Assembly (NCBI GenBank): GCA_964596125.1
Contig: CAZQRP010000007.1
Location: 64,282-128,281, forward strand
DNA: 64,000 bases
Source of the DNA: an uncultured Dehalococcoidales bacterium
GTDB lineage: Bacteria > Chloroflexota > Dehalococcoidia > GIF9 > UBA5629
Reading direction: 5' to 3'
Below, piece after piece: positions 9,443 to 20,196 of this stretch (positions are counted from its first letter, which is position 1; each line of letters starts with the position of its first letter). A program made the translations under genes and the position numbers. The notes under the pieces were generated by a model, which saw only the letters and a program-made list of their open reading frames with translations, was not told the origin of the DNA and did no database searches.

Positions 9443-11023
9443 TTACAGCTTGACCATTTTAGCTGTATACACATCGGGGATAGCCAGGACCTGCTGTAAT
9501 TGTTCCGCTTGAAGAGGTTCGTCTAAAGCCAGAATCATAAGGGCTTGTCCTCTCGGCTGAAGACGCGCCAGTTGCATAAAGCTGATATTAATATCCGCCC
9601 TACCGGTTATATTACCCGCAGTGCCAATAAGACCCGGACGATCACGGTGATCGCTGAACAGGAAATACCCGCCTGTCGGCACGACGTCTATCCAGAAATT
9701 ATTTACCCTCACTATGTGGGTCTCGTTACGTAATATCGTGCCAGCGACTATAGTAGTTTCTGCGCTCGTTGTGACTTCCAAAGTAATCAGATTGGCATAG
9801 TTTTCACACGTTATTTCTTTTTGTTCAACTATTTTTATGCCTCGCTGGGCAGCAATAAAGGTGGCGTTGACCAAATTAACCCTCTCCTGGCTCATACCTT
9901 CCAGCAAACCGCCGATGACTGAGGCTTTTATAGCACTGGTATCAAAGTTTGCAATTTCACCACTGTATTTGACCTGAATACTCTTGATTTGTCCTTCCAT
10001 CAGTTGTCTGGCCAGACTACCTAAAGTCGATGCTACCTTTATAAATGGAGCTAATACCTGCAGGACCTCAGCCGGAATCTGAGGAGCGTTCACGGTATAT
10101 CTGGCAGGCTGCCCTTTCAACACACATATAACCTGTTCGGCGATGTCCAAGGCAACGCCAGCCTGCGCTTCGATAGTAGAGGCACCGAGATGAGGAGTGA
10201 CAATTATCCTGTCGCTGGTAAAAAGTATACTATCCGTTACTGGCTCATTTTCAAAGACATCGATGGCAGCACCAGCAACTTTTCCCGCTTCAACCGCCTG
10301 GAACAGGGCTTTCTCATTTATGAGCCCGCCCCGAGCACAATTAATCAGACGGACTGTTGGTTTCACTTTCGCCAGTTCTTTCACACCAATCAAATCCCTC
10401 GTGTCCGAAGTTAAAGGCAGATGCAGGGTAATGAAATCGGATTCCTTAAGTAATTGTTCCAGGGAAACTGACTCTACTCCCAAATTATCGGCATAGTCAG
10501 ACGAAACAAAAGGGTCATAGCCAATAAGACGCATTTCAAACGCCTGGGCTCGTCGGGCGATCTCCGATCCAACATTTCCCAAACCAACTATACCCAGGGT
10601 TTTATTTTTCAGTTCTGTGCCGATGTAGTCACGCCTTTGCCAGGCACCGGACTTAAGTCGTGCACTGGCCTGTGGAATGTGCCGGGCCAACGCTAACATC
10701 AAAGCAAAAGCATGTTCAGCGGCGGATATCGTGTTGCTGGTTGGCGCATTTACAACTATAATTCCCCGTTGTGTAGCAGCACCTACATCGATGTTATCCA
10801 GACCAACTCCCGCCCGGGCAATCACCTGGAGTTTTCTACCGGCCTCAATAATTTCAGCAGTAGCCTGGGTCTCACTACGAACTACCAGGGCATCATAATC
10901 GCCGATAATACTTTTCAGCTCCTCAGGCCTGAGTCCTGTCTTCACATCGACTTCAACATGTGCCTGCAAAGCCTCTATTCCAGCTTTATCTACAGGATCA
11001 GCAATCAATACTTTCATAGACAA
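9443..11023 (-). CDS. serA: D-3-phosphoglycerate dehydrogenase (long form with ACT domain)
   Basis: 526 aa: MKVLIADP..., NAD motif GIVGLGNVGSEIARR, catalytic region VTPHLGAST, and C-terminal intervening and ACT-like domains. Confidence 0.9.
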   Translation of the reverse strand: MSMKVLIADPVDKAGIEALQAHVEVDVKTGLRPEELKSIIGDYDALVVRSETQATAEIIEAGRKLQVIARAGVGLDNIDVGAATQRGIIVVNAPTSNTISAAEHAFALMLALARHIPQASARLKSGAWQRRDYIGTELKNKTLGIVGLGNVGSEIARRAQAFEMRLIGYDPFVSSDYADNLGVESVSLEQLLKESDFITLHLPLTSDTRDLIGVKELAKVKPTVRLINCARGGLINEKALFQAVEAGKVAGAAIDVFENEPVTDSILFTSDRIIVTPHLGASTIEAQAGVALDIAEQVICVLKGQPARYTVNAPQIPAEVLQVLAPFIKVASTLGSLARQLMEGQIKSIQVKYSGEIANFDTSAIKASVIGGLLEGMSQERVNLVNATFIAAQRGIKIVEQKEITCENYANLITLEVTTSAETTIVAGTILRNETHIVRVNNFWIDVVPTGGYFLFSDHRDRPGLIGTAGNITGRADINISFMQLARLQPRGQALMILALDEPLQAEQLQQVLAIPDVYTAKMVKL

Positions 11024-11045
11024 TAAACTCCCCCCATTAGTTGTC

Positions 11046-12125
11046 TTACAAACCTGCCCGTGGTAAAACCTTCGCTATAGCCCCTAAGACCTCATCGATA
11101 TCGTCCTCTGTCACCCAGCCAAGGTGACCTATACGAAAAATCTTTCCCGCAAGCTTGGTCTGCCCTGTAGCCAGGACTACATTATACTCATCCCTCAGTA
11201 TCTCAAGCAGTTTTGCTACATCAAGTTTTTCGTCGGCCTTAACTGAAGTTACGGTATTGGAAGCATATTTCTCATCTGCAAACAGAGATAATCCCATAGC
11301 TTTCACTCCATCCCGAGTCCTTTGGGCTATTCTTGCCTGCCGGGCAAAGATGCTAGGTAATCCTTCAGCAAGTAGCATATCTAAAGCAACATCCATTGCA
11401 TAGAATATGGAGATTGCTGGAGTCCAAGGTGTCTGCCCCTTCTCCAGGTAGTTCTTGGCTTTGGTGAAGTCCCAGTAAAACCTGGGCATCTTAGCCTCGG
11501 CATGAGCTTTCCATGCCCTGTCGCTAATGCTAACCATGGCCAGTCCCGGTGGTACCATCCAGCCCTTTTGAGAGCCTGTAATTACTACATCACATTTCCA
11601 TTCATCTACTCGTAAGTCAATAGAGCCGAGAGCACTTATAGCATCGACAATAACGAGCTTGTCAAACTCATTTATAATTGCACTGATGGTAGCCAGGTCA
11701 CTGGTAACTCCTGTCGATGTCTCATTATAGGTTACAAGTACAGCCTTGACATCGGGATCAGCCTTCAAAGCCTGGCGTACTGTCTCCGGGTTGACAGATG
11801 TACCCCACTCGAAAGTCAGACGTTTTACGTTGGCACCAAAAGATTCGGCAATGTCAGCAAAACGATCTCCAAACACGCCATTCGAAGCTGACAGGATTTT
11901 ATCACCAGGTGATAATATATTAACGATTGCCGCTTCCATACCTCCTGTACCGGAGCCAGTCAACACATAAAGATCATTCTTAGTCTGAAACACTTTCTTT
12001 AACTTTGCTGTAATACTGTGGAAAAGCTCAGCAGACTCTTTGCTCCTGTGATTTATCATCTGCTTTCCCATTTCCCGAAGAATTTCGGGGGGGCAGGGTG
12101 TAGGACCAGGTATCCTTAACTGCAT
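11046..12125 (-). CDS. class-V aminotransferase (serine-glyoxylate / phosphoserine aminotransferase type)
   Basis: MQLRIPGPTP start, GSGTGGMEAA, and TGSQKGW (PLP-binding Lys). It lies adjacent to serA. ATG 12125 has GGAGG 5 nt upstream; an alternative ATG is at 12137. Confidence 0.85.
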   Translation of the reverse strand: MQLRIPGPTPCPPEILREMGKQMINHRSKESAELFHSITAKLKKVFQTKNDLYVLTGSGTGGMEAAIVNILSPGDKILSASNGVFGDRFADIAESFGANVKRLTFEWGTSVNPETVRQALKADPDVKAVLVTYNETSTGVTSDLATISAIINEFDKLVIVDAISALGSIDLRVDEWKCDVVITGSQKGWMVPPGLAMVSISDRAWKAHAEAKMPRFYWDFTKAKNYLEKGQTPWTPAISIFYAMDVALDMLLAEGLPSIFARQARIAQRTRDGVKAMGLSLFADEKYASNTVTSVKADEKLDVAKLLEILRDEYNVVLATGQTKLAGKIFRIGHLGWVTEDDIDEVLGAIAKVLPRAGL

Positions 12126-12687
12126 AGTATCCTCCATAATTTATGACTAAGTAGATGTAAAAGGGAATTTTTACAACCATAATTATACTACGTGGCTAAA
12201 TTTTTAACACTTTCATATCTTCATCCAATTTTATCCATACTCTCAATGCCACACAGGACCAATAAACACTTTGCTTAGTGGCTCTATACCACTCCAGACC
12301 TTGTCAATTCGACTGTCAGTATACTTTCGGGCCTTTAAAATAAACACCTTTCCAATCGTAAATCCCCACTTTTATAACATCCTGGGAACACAGTCATCAG
12401 AATCGTCGGCGGGCTGGTAACTATAGAATTGAGCTCCAATTTCCTAAGTTAATCGCTTTTCAACTACCCTGAGATTTGCCTGGCATCGGCCCCGGTTCCA
12501 TGCAAGGTAATTTCTATTAAATAATGATATGTCCTTATGATATAAGTATGAAATTGGTATTGAAGCCTTGTTCATGCTTCAGGATCTTCACGATCCTGAA
12601 AGCCTTACTATTTTACAGCTTCACCTATGTTTTCAGGTACCGCATGCCTTAACAGCAAATCGATTGTTGCACCAGTCATTAAACAAA

Positions 12688-13629
12688 TCAAACTCTTTTT
12701 ACCTGGACCGGTTTATCCAGAATAATCCTTGCCTGCGTAACGTCTTTTCCTATCTGTTCTTTAAGCTCTTCTGCCGTACCAAAATATTTTTCCTCTCGCA
12801 GCCTGTCAATAAAGTTGATGCTGAGCCTTTGTTCGCGCAACTCTCCTTCATAATCTAAAACATAAGTTTCAACCAGGCGTTTGCCACCCCCAAATGTAGG
12901 GCGAACGCCAATATTAGTTACCGAGGGCAACGGCTCATGATCCATATAGACAACAGTAGCATAAACTCCATCGCACGGTAATGCCTGCTCAGCTTTTACA
13001 TCTAAATTAGCAGTGGGGAATCCCAGGACTCTCCCCCGCTGGTCTCCTGAAACAATAGCTCCGGAAAGCTTGAAAGCCCGACCTAATAGTTTTGACACTT
13101 TTTTCATATCGCCCAGAGCCAAAGCCTGACGTATAACGCTGCTGCTCACTACTTCATCATCAAGTACAACTGGTTCTACAACATCAACACTGAAGCCCAT
13201 TTCCTGTCCCAGCACATAGAGCTGCTCAGTATTACCTTGTCTGTCTTTGCCCAGGGCAAAGTCAGGGCCGATCACCAGGCCACGCATCTTCAGATAATCT
13301 TTAAGCAGTTGTATGTACTCACGGGCACCGAGCTGACTTAACTCACGAGTGAAGTCCAGGGCTATAATTATGTCTATTCCCAGTTTTTGAAGCAGGTCGA
13401 TTCTATTCTCCAGATCATCTAGCCAGACTAACTCGCTACTCGGATGGACTACAGTTTGGGGATGAGATTTGAACGTAACCACACCGCTAAGCCTGTTATT
13501 TCTTTCAGCTTTATCTTTTAAATGGTTCAGCAGGTGTTGATGTCCAAGGTGGACTCCATCGAAAACACCAATAGTGAGCACTGTTTCCTTTTCAGGTATT
13601 ATCTTGATAAGCTCTTTTTCAATCTGCAT
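12688..13629 (-). CDS. ribF: bifunctional riboflavin kinase / FMN adenylyltransferase
   Basis: The GVFDGVHLGHQ motif and a C-terminal riboflavin kinase region (GFPTANL). ATG 13629 avoids overlap with the upstream gene. Confidence 0.9.
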   Translation of the reverse strand: MQIEKELIKIIPEKETVLTIGVFDGVHLGHQHLLNHLKDKAERNNRLSGVVTFKSHPQTVVHPSSELVWLDDLENRIDLLQKLGIDIIIALDFTRELSQLGAREYIQLLKDYLKMRGLVIGPDFALGKDRQGNTEQLYVLGQEMGFSVDVVEPVVLDDEVVSSSVIRQALALGDMKKVSKLLGRAFKLSGAIVSGDQRGRVLGFPTANLDVKAEQALPCDGVYATVVYMDHEPLPSVTNIGVRPTFGGGKRLVETYVLDYEGELREQRLSINFIDRLREEKYFGTAEELKEQIGKDVTQARIILDKPVQVKRV

Positions 13630-13663
13630 GGTCGACCAGTATATTTCCGGATAAAGTAATAAG

Positions 13664-14704
13664 TTACGTTTCAACTTTAGATGGAGTTTTCGCCAGGCTC
13701 CGATTGACAGCACGAGCTATAGGTCCCATTTGAGACATAAGCCGACTGAAGTTGTTAAACGTGAGTGATTGGGGTCCATCTTTCAGAGCCATGTCTGGAG
13801 CGGGATGGACTTCTACCATTACGCCATCAGCACCTGCGGCCACCGCAGCAAGGGCCATGGGAGCTACCAGGTACCACTTTCCAGTACCATGACTCGGATC
13901 AGCGATAATGGGTAAGTGGCTAACCTTCTCTATTATAGGGATAGCACTTATATCCATAGTGTTACGAGTATATGTTTCAAATGTCCTGATACCACGCTCA
14001 CAAAGCATGAGCTGCTTATTACCATTGGCCAAAATATATTCAGCAGCCAGCAGCCATTCCTGTGCAGTAGCCGATAAACCTCGCTTCAGCAGTATAGGCT
14101 TATTAGTTTCACTAACAGCCTCAAGAAGGCTGAAATTGTGCATATTGCGAGTTCCGATCTGGAGAATATCAGCATAGCTCGCCACCTCATCCACATCGAC
14201 CGGCGATAATACTTCAGTTATTACCGGTAGCCCGGTATCTTTGCCAACCTTGGCGAGAAGTCTAAGCCCTTCCACACCTAAGCCACGGAATTGATATGGA
14301 GACGTACTGGGCTTAAAAGCACCGCCGCGCAAGATAGTGGCACCAGCAGCTTTCACAGCTTTGGCTGTCGATAAAAGCTGCTCTTCGCTTTCTACAGCAC
14401 ATGGCCCGGCCATAACAACTATTTCCTTGCCGCCAATTGTCACATCACCGACTTTAATAATGGTATCCTGAGGGTGAAATTCACGGCTGGCAAGCTTGTA
14501 CGGCTTGCTAACCGGAATGACCTCATCAACGCCGGGAAGGACCTCCAGCATGTCTCTAAGTTCAGGAAACGTTTGCCCAAGTACTCCAATTATGGTGTGT
14601 TCCACACCTTGAGAAAGGTGACTCCGTAAGCCGGCTGATTCAATACGTTTAATTACTTCCGCGATTTCTTTTTCAGCCGAACCAATTTTCATTACCACAA
14701 TCAT
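13664..14704 (-). CDS. 3-deoxy-7-phosphoheptulonate (DAHP) synthase, type I-beta with N-terminal regulatory domain
   Basis: 346 aa with a ferredoxin-like N-terminal domain ([14 protein letters not shown]) and a KDO8P/DAHP synthase core ([16 protein letters not shown]). ATGA overlap with chorismate mutase. Confidence 0.85.
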   Translation of the reverse strand: MIVVMKIGSAEKEIAEVIKRIESAGLRSHLSQGVEHTIIGVLGQTFPELRDMLEVLPGVDEVIPVSKPYKLASREFHPQDTIIKVGDVTIGGKEIVVMAGPCAVESEEQLLSTAKAVKAAGATILRGGAFKPSTSPYQFRGLGVEGLRLLAKVGKDTGLPVITEVLSPVDVDEVASYADILQIGTRNMHNFSLLEAVSETNKPILLKRGLSATAQEWLLAAEYILANGNKQLMLCERGIRTFETYTRNTMDISAIPIIEKVSHLPIIADPSHGTGKWYLVAPMALAAVAAGADGVMVEVHPAPDMALKDGPQSLTFNNFSRLMSQMGPIARAVNRSLAKTPSKVET

Positions 14705-15087
14705 GGCCCACCTCCACTTAAACCGCCCGGGCTTAAATCCTCTCTAAGTCTCTGCGCTTCCTTGAGATAAACATGTACTATTTCCTCATTCCTTTTCTCA
14801 GTATTAAACAGTATTAAAACTCTTATGCATCGAGGTAAGCTACCGTGTACGTTCATCTCATGTCCGCAGAATAAAGCAATATTCGACCAACCCATCTCAC
14901 GGGCTGCTACCGCCGGAAATTCAGCATTAAGGTCAGGTGTTGTAGTAAACCAAACACCGGCAATGTCATCTACTTCCACCCCATTAATTTGAATTATCTG
15001 CCCAAGCAATTCCTTGGCAGCAGATATTATAGACTCACTGGTATTATCCTGTACTGTTATTGCTCCTCTGATCCCGCGGCACCACAA
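14701..15087 (-). CDS. aroH: chorismate mutase, AroH type
   Basis: RGIRGAITV N-terminal signature of AroH-class mutases, about 128 aa. The start is TTG with no in-frame ATG. Confidence 0.75.
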   Translation of the reverse strand: MWCRGIRGAITVQDNTSESIISAAKELLGQIIQINGVEVDDIAGVWFTTTPDLNAEFPAVAAREMGWSNIALFCGHEMNVHGSLPRCIRVLILFNTEKRNEEIVHVYLKEAQRLREDLSPGGLSGGGP

Positions 15088-15281
15088 TTTATAGCCTGTT
15101 TCTCCCTTTGATTAACTTAATAGCCTACTCCATTTTATACATAATCGTCAAGAATTTTCCTTCTGCGGCATCTGAATAAACTGCAGTGATCACCCAGCTA
15201 TTTTCACGTTTAGCACAGTTAATACGCTACAGATAAAGACTATATGATATAATAATCTTACATGACTATGGGAGGTTTATT

Positions 15282-15923
15282 ATGCAAATTCGTGATGTCA
15301 TGACGTGGAACGTCATTACCGTGTCCAGTGACACACCGATAATGGAAGCTAGGAAAATCATGGACGCACATAAAATTCGCCGTTTGCCCGTGCTCGATAA
15401 AGGAAAGCTAGTAGGCATAGTCAGTAAAGAAAGTGTAGCACGCACAAGCCCCTCACCGGCCACTAGCCTGAGTGTCTGGGAAATAAACTACCTCTTAGCA
15501 AAAATGACAGTTAAACAGATTATGCAAAAGAAGGTTGTAACAGTTACACCGGATACCACAGTAGAGGCTGCCATAGCCCTGGCTCAAGAAAAGGGGATAG
15601 GCTCTCTCCCGGTAATGGAAGATAATCACTTGGTAGGTATAGTAACTACCAATGATTTATTTTATAAAATCCTGAATCCTATTTTGGGAATCGGCATGCC
15701 CGGCACTCGACTCACCGTATCTAAGTGTGTGGATGCTAAATGTATACAAGAGGTTATGGAATGCGTTGGCGAGCACAACATCCAAATAACTGCACTTCAT
15801 AATGTACCAGCGTTGGAAGGTAAAGAACCTGAATTATGTATTCATCTTGATACTAATGATACCGGCCAGATTATAGCAGACCTCAACACTAAGGGTTATA
15901 AAACAGCGATACGAGAACGGTAA
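15282..15923 (+). CDS. CBS-domain pair protein with C-terminal extension
   Basis: Two CBS repeats (IRDVMTWNVITV...RRLPVLDKGKLVGIVS and IMQKKVVTVTPD...GSLPVMEDNHLVGIVT). GGGAGG lies upstream of the ATG. Confidence 0.8.
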   Translation: MQIRDVMTWNVITVSSDTPIMEARKIMDAHKIRRLPVLDKGKLVGIVSKESVARTSPSPATSLSVWEINYLLAKMTVKQIMQKKVVTVTPDTTVEAAIALAQEKGIGSLPVMEDNHLVGIVTTNDLFYKILNPILGIGMPGTRLTVSKCVDAKCIQEVMECVGEHNIQITALHNVPALEGKEPELCIHLDTNDTGQIIADLNTKGYKTAIRER

Positions 15924-16401
15924 GACTGAAGTTCGATACTTCACAGCTCTGTTGTACAATATTTGGCGAGCCCGGGTATTGCCAATCTGTTTATCGATAC
16001 AGCTTGACACCGCTATTTCTGTTGTACTGCGATTACTTCGCTAAACATCGTTTTTTGATCCAAACAACTCCACCATGCTGTTCAAATTCGGCACCCTGTA
16101 CTCTCAAATCTGCTCGTACAAAGTAAAAATGCTCAGATTTCAAACGACGCTCCAGTCACAACGGTTATCGGGTAGGCTCAGCATTAACAAATGCTTATTC
16201 AGTCTACCTTATCAAATTTGATCCCGGATCTATCTTTAATGATACTGCCTCTTATATAACATACTATTGGATCAGGACCGTTTGACAAGGGTCAAATTAG
16301 GGTGTTATTCTGCACATAGTTATACGATGTAGTAAAGGTTGCACCCATCTCCAGCGAATGACCAGGTAGGGATCAGTTGTCATACTGTGGGGCAAGTTCT
16401 T

Positions 16402-17265
16402 ATGGATAGGATTGCTGTTATTACAGATAGCGTTGCCTGCCTTCCTCGGGAACTGGCCGCACAATACCATATTCATATCGTGCCCGCAGGTAATATCCGC
16501 TTTGAAGGTAAGATATACCGTGACTGGCTTGATCTGGATCATGATGACGTCTATCGGATGTTAGAAAACAAACCCAAGGAATTCTTCACCGGATCAACAA
16601 GTCCCATGGATTTCCTGGAAACTTTTAAAGAACTAAGCCTTCAGGCCAATACTATTTTATATATTGCCCTTTCATCAAAGTTTAGCACTTTATATAATAT
16701 GGCCCGAGTAGCTCAAGATATGGCTAAAAAAGAGCTCCCTGGTATCAATATTGAAATTATAGACTCGTATACTGCTACCGCCGCGCAGGGTTTTGTAGCT
16801 CTGGCTACAGCCAGAGCAGCTATTGAAGGTAAAAGTCTGAAAGACGTAATCAATGCTGCAGAAACAGTTAAACGGAAAGTCGATCTCTTTTATATTATAG
16901 AAACAGTTCGCTATGTCTACCGCACTGGTCGGGTACCCAAGACCGTTGCCAGCCTCGGGTCCAAGCTAAATGTCAGGCCGATCATCACTGTTCGTAACGG
17001 TTCAGCTCATATAGAAGGTCTGGTGAGAAATAAGGGACGTGGTATAGAGCATCTGCTAGAACTTTGCAGGCAAGGAATTAAACACAATCTAGCACATATT
17101 GCCGTACTGCACACTGACGCCCTGGACGAAGCAGAAAAACTCAAGCAGCAAATCTCTCGCGAATTTAACTGCATCGAACTATGGATTAGCCAGTTCAGTC
17201 CCTTAATGGCTTATGCCACTGGCCGTGGTGTCATCGGCATTGCATTTTATGGTGAAAATTCCTGA
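16402..17265 (+). CDS. DegV-family fatty-acid-binding protein
   Basis: MDRIAVITDSVACLP start with typical DegV length and motifs. The internal ATG at 16402 is preferred over the extended ORF start. Confidence 0.8.
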   Translation: MDRIAVITDSVACLPRELAAQYHIHIVPAGNIRFEGKIYRDWLDLDHDDVYRMLENKPKEFFTGSTSPMDFLETFKELSLQANTILYIALSSKFSTLYNMARVAQDMAKKELPGINIEIIDSYTATAAQGFVALATARAAIEGKSLKDVINAAETVKRKVDLFYIIETVRYVYRTGRVPKTVASLGSKLNVRPIITVRNGSAHIEGLVRNKGRGIEHLLELCRQGIKHNLAHIAVLHTDALDEAEKLKQQISREFNCIELWISQFSPLMAYATGRGVIGIAFYGENS

Positions 17266-17322
17266 TTGATAAAAGTTTTCTTATTTAGTCTTGTCTGTTA
17301 AACTGGTAAAGATCGGTGGCCT

Positions 17323-18024
17323 ATGATAGCTGAAATTGCCTTACTGGTGGGTGCTTATCTCCTTGGTTCGGTACCCTTTATGATCCTCATCGGCCTTGCT
17401 AAAGGTATCGACCTTTCTCACGAAGAAGATTTACATATCGCCATGTGGCAAAAAGTCGGCCGTCTTGAGGGCTTTACAGGAATTATTTTCGACGTTTTAA
17501 AGGGAGTTATCCCCGTCCTCATCGGTTTCGCTCTTGATTTCAGGTTGGCTATAGTAGCATTTGCCGGTATAGCGGGAATTGTTGGACAGATGTGGCCCGT
17601 ATTTTATAGATTTGATGGAGAAAAGGGCAATACCACCGGTCTCGGTGCAGCACTTACTTTGAGCCTAATTTACAATACCTATTTAATCATACTGGTCGGC
17701 ATTATCATTATGTTGACAGGTTTCCTTATAAGGACAGTTCCCCGCTTTAAGAAACGTGGTCAAACGCTCGATGAGCGTTTAAAATTTGGTGGACCTGTCA
17801 GCAATAGCATGCCGCTAGGCATGGCTATCGGCTTCGCCGCTATGCCACTTGTCTCCTGGCTTTTACTGCAGCCGCTTGAGATGACAGTTGCTCTGTTAAC
17901 TATATTTGTTGTCATTATAATACGCCGTCTTACCGCCAGCCTCCGTACCGATCTCCAGACAGCTCGTACCAGTGTAACAAGTATACTGATTAATCGACTT
18001 CTTTTTGATCGCAGCTACCGCTAG
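17323..18024 (+). CDS. PlsY-like integral membrane protein (divergent)
   Basis: YLLGSVPF N-terminus and GQMWPVFYRFDGEKGNTTGLG resemble PlsY blocks. The SGNxGATN block appears to be replaced. Confidence 0.55.
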   Translation: MIAEIALLVGAYLLGSVPFMILIGLAKGIDLSHEEDLHIAMWQKVGRLEGFTGIIFDVLKGVIPVLIGFALDFRLAIVAFAGIAGIVGQMWPVFYRFDGEKGNTTGLGAALTLSLIYNTYLIILVGIIIMLTGFLIRTVPRFKKRGQTLDERLKFGGPVSNSMPLGMAIGFAAMPLVSWLLLQPLEMTVALLTIFVVIIIRRLTASLRTDLQTARTSVTSILINRLLFDRSYR

Positions 18025-18646
18025 GAATATACATTAATCCTTCTTCGGGATCGCCCAGAGCTTCGATATCTCCGCAAATGTAAAGAAAACCGGTGTAAGC
18101 AGCCACAGCGGCATCACACAGATCATGATTCCATTTGTCCCGGCAAGTATATGTATCCATAAACAGACCGCTCAACCTTTCCCTGAGCCAGGCTATACCA
18201 TCGGCCGTAGTCTTCTTCAGAAGATGCCTGCCAAACAACCTGACCTTACTGGCATATGGATAGACCTCGATAACTTCATTTCCTTGCTCCCTTAACTTGT
18301 TGCCAAGCATTATACCTCGATACACCATGTTCTTGATGATCGATTTCTTGGTGGTGAAATAGCAGGGAATTCTATACCGCGCTAATTGTCGTTCACTCAA
18401 CCGTCCGCTAAACGGTGATTTTGGTTGGCAGGCACAGTACTCTTCTAGGCAACATAATCCGGAAGGTAAGCTTAACGGGGCATCAATTGCAATTACTCGA
18501 GGTGAATATGCTGCTATCTTTATAGTGATATCGTCGACCGTATCTAATAAGCCGTAGTAAACGACCTCAAGCTTTTCATTTAGGACAACGCAGGCACTGG
18601 GCCTGGTTAGTTTCGAAGTTAAATCTATACCAAAATACGACGTCAA
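17990..18646 (-). CDS. hypothetical protein (possibly DUF429 / RNase-H-like fold)
   Basis: 218 aa with FGIDLTSK...IAIDAPLSLP. Overlaps the upstream gene by 4 nt. Family call comes from memory of motif shape only. Confidence 0.4.
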   Translation of the reverse strand: MTSYFGIDLTSKLTRPSACVVLNEKLEVVYYGLLDTVDDITIKIAAYSPRVIAIDAPLSLPSGLCCLEEYCACQPKSPFSGRLSERQLARYRIPCYFTTKKSIIKNMVYRGIMLGNKLREQGNEVIEVYPYASKVRLFGRHLLKKTTADGIAWLRERLSGLFMDTYTCRDKWNHDLCDAAVAAYTGFLYICGDIEALGDPEEGLMYIPSGSCDQKEVD

Positions 18647-20085
18647 TGCTTACTCAACCTGTTGAGTATCTCCCTGGCAATCTCAACGCCACAAGCTGAT
18701 GCCTGGACTAATCCCCGACTAATCCCGGCACCATCGCCAGCAGCAAACATGTTGTTAACCTCCGTTTCCAAATGTTGGTTTAACTGTAGCTGGCTGGAAT
18801 AGAATTTAATCTCAACACCATAAAGCAATGTATGCCGGGACGCCACACCCGGAGCTAATTTATCCATCGCTTGAAGCATCTCCACAATACCTTTAAGATG
18901 GCGAAAGGGAAGGACAAAACTCAAGTCTCCGGGAGTTGCTGCTTTTAAAGTCGGTTCAATGATGCTGCGCTGAATACGACTCGGCGTCGACCGATGCCCA
19001 TCCATCAGGTCTCCCAGACGCTGTATAAGTACACCACCGCTGATAAGATTAGCCAGCCGGGCCAGGTATTTTCCATAGGCAATAGGCTCATGAAACGGCT
19101 CAGTAAAGTTGGTGCTGACTAAAATGGCGAAATTTGTATTTCCAGTCCTGCGTTCCGCATAGCTATTTCCGTTAACCGTGATCACCGGGTCAGCCCCTCC
19201 CGTAGATTCCATGATTACCTCCCCACCCGGACACATGCAAAAGGTCCTTACCCGATTGTCAAAGCTCTTGGAAAAAAATTCCAGTTTAGATTCGTATAAC
19301 ACTGAAGTCAATTCCTCAAGCACCGGTGCCGGCACTTCAACCCGGATACCGACGTCAACCGGATTTGACTTCAGTGTTAATGTTAACCGGCTAGCCTCTT
19401 TTGCTAACCAGTCCGCACCTTCCCTGCCTGGAGCCAGTATCAAATAGCGGCACTTCAACTTTTCCCCGCGACTGGTTTCTATTCCAGACACCAAATCGCC
19501 GTCACGTAATATACTTGTGGCTGCTTCCCCAAACCTCATTTCAACTTTAGGTGCGATAAAATCTCGCATAGCTTTGAGTACCAGGCGCGAGCGCTCCGTA
19601 CCCAGATGGCGCATTTTTACCGGTATTAATCGTAGATCGGCTAACATCGCCCGTCGTTTTAAATTATCCACTTCTTCACCGATACCATACACATTGTTCG
19701 AGGCACCGAACTTAAGATAAAGGTTATCCACGTAATCAATAAGCTCTTGTACTCGCTCGCCGTTTAACAGCTCACCCAACCTGCCTCCAACTTCTGGAGA
19801 CAGAGTGAGCTTTCCATCACTAAATGCTCCAGCACCACCTAGACCACTAACTAGATGACATGGCAAGCATGACAGGCAACTGCTGCGCATCTCCTGCAGG
19901 GGGCAAGAGCGAGCCTCAATATCTTTTCCTTTTTCCAAAAGCAAGATTTTAATGTCAGCCGCTTGACATAACTCTAAAGCAGCGAAAATACCCGCTGGAC
20001 CAGCACCGACAATAATAACATCGTATTTATGCCGGCCGGCTGAAACTAAAGATTTACTCGAGGACTCAGAACGTCTCTTGATCAT
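18643..20085 (-). CDS. FAD-dependent oxidoreductase (uncharacterised NAD(FAD)-utilising dehydrogenase type)
   Basis: YDVIIVGAGPAGIFAALEL dinucleotide fold and C-terminal FAAGDGAG motif, 480 aa. Confidence 0.75.
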   Translation of the reverse strand: MIKRRSESSSKSLVSAGRHKYDVIIVGAGPAGIFAALELCQAADIKILLLEKGKDIEARSCPLQEMRSSCLSCLPCHLVSGLGGAGAFSDGKLTLSPEVGGRLGELLNGERVQELIDYVDNLYLKFGASNNVYGIGEEVDNLKRRAMLADLRLIPVKMRHLGTERSRLVLKAMRDFIAPKVEMRFGEAATSILRDGDLVSGIETSRGEKLKCRYLILAPGREGADWLAKEASRLTLTLKSNPVDVGIRVEVPAPVLEELTSVLYESKLEFFSKSFDNRVRTFCMCPGGEVIMESTGGADPVITVNGNSYAERRTGNTNFAILVSTNFTEPFHEPIAYGKYLARLANLISGGVLIQRLGDLMDGHRSTPSRIQRSIIEPTLKAATPGDLSFVLPFRHLKGIVEMLQAMDKLAPGVASRHTLLYGVEIKFYSSQLQLNQHLETEVNNMFAAGDGAGISRGLVQASACGVEIAREILNRLSKH

Positions 20086-20196
20086 CTTTTTTCCGCGCTT
20101 TCGCTAAATTAAAGCTTAATGGATGAAGTCTAAAATTTTGCCATACTATACCAAAATTTATTCATTTCGATGTTGTTTAGCATCATACTCAATTAT

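Noticed and set aside
12138-12687. A possible riboswitch, T-box or ncRNA in the 550-nt gap upstream of the aminotransferase-serA operon. It contains GGTACCGC at about 12638 and a hairpin CTTCAGGATC...GATCCTGAAG at about 12577-12603.
   Set aside because: The GGTACCGC fragment is on the wrong strand for the downstream genes and lacks the rest of the T-box motif. I could not recognise any complete known RNA family by eye.
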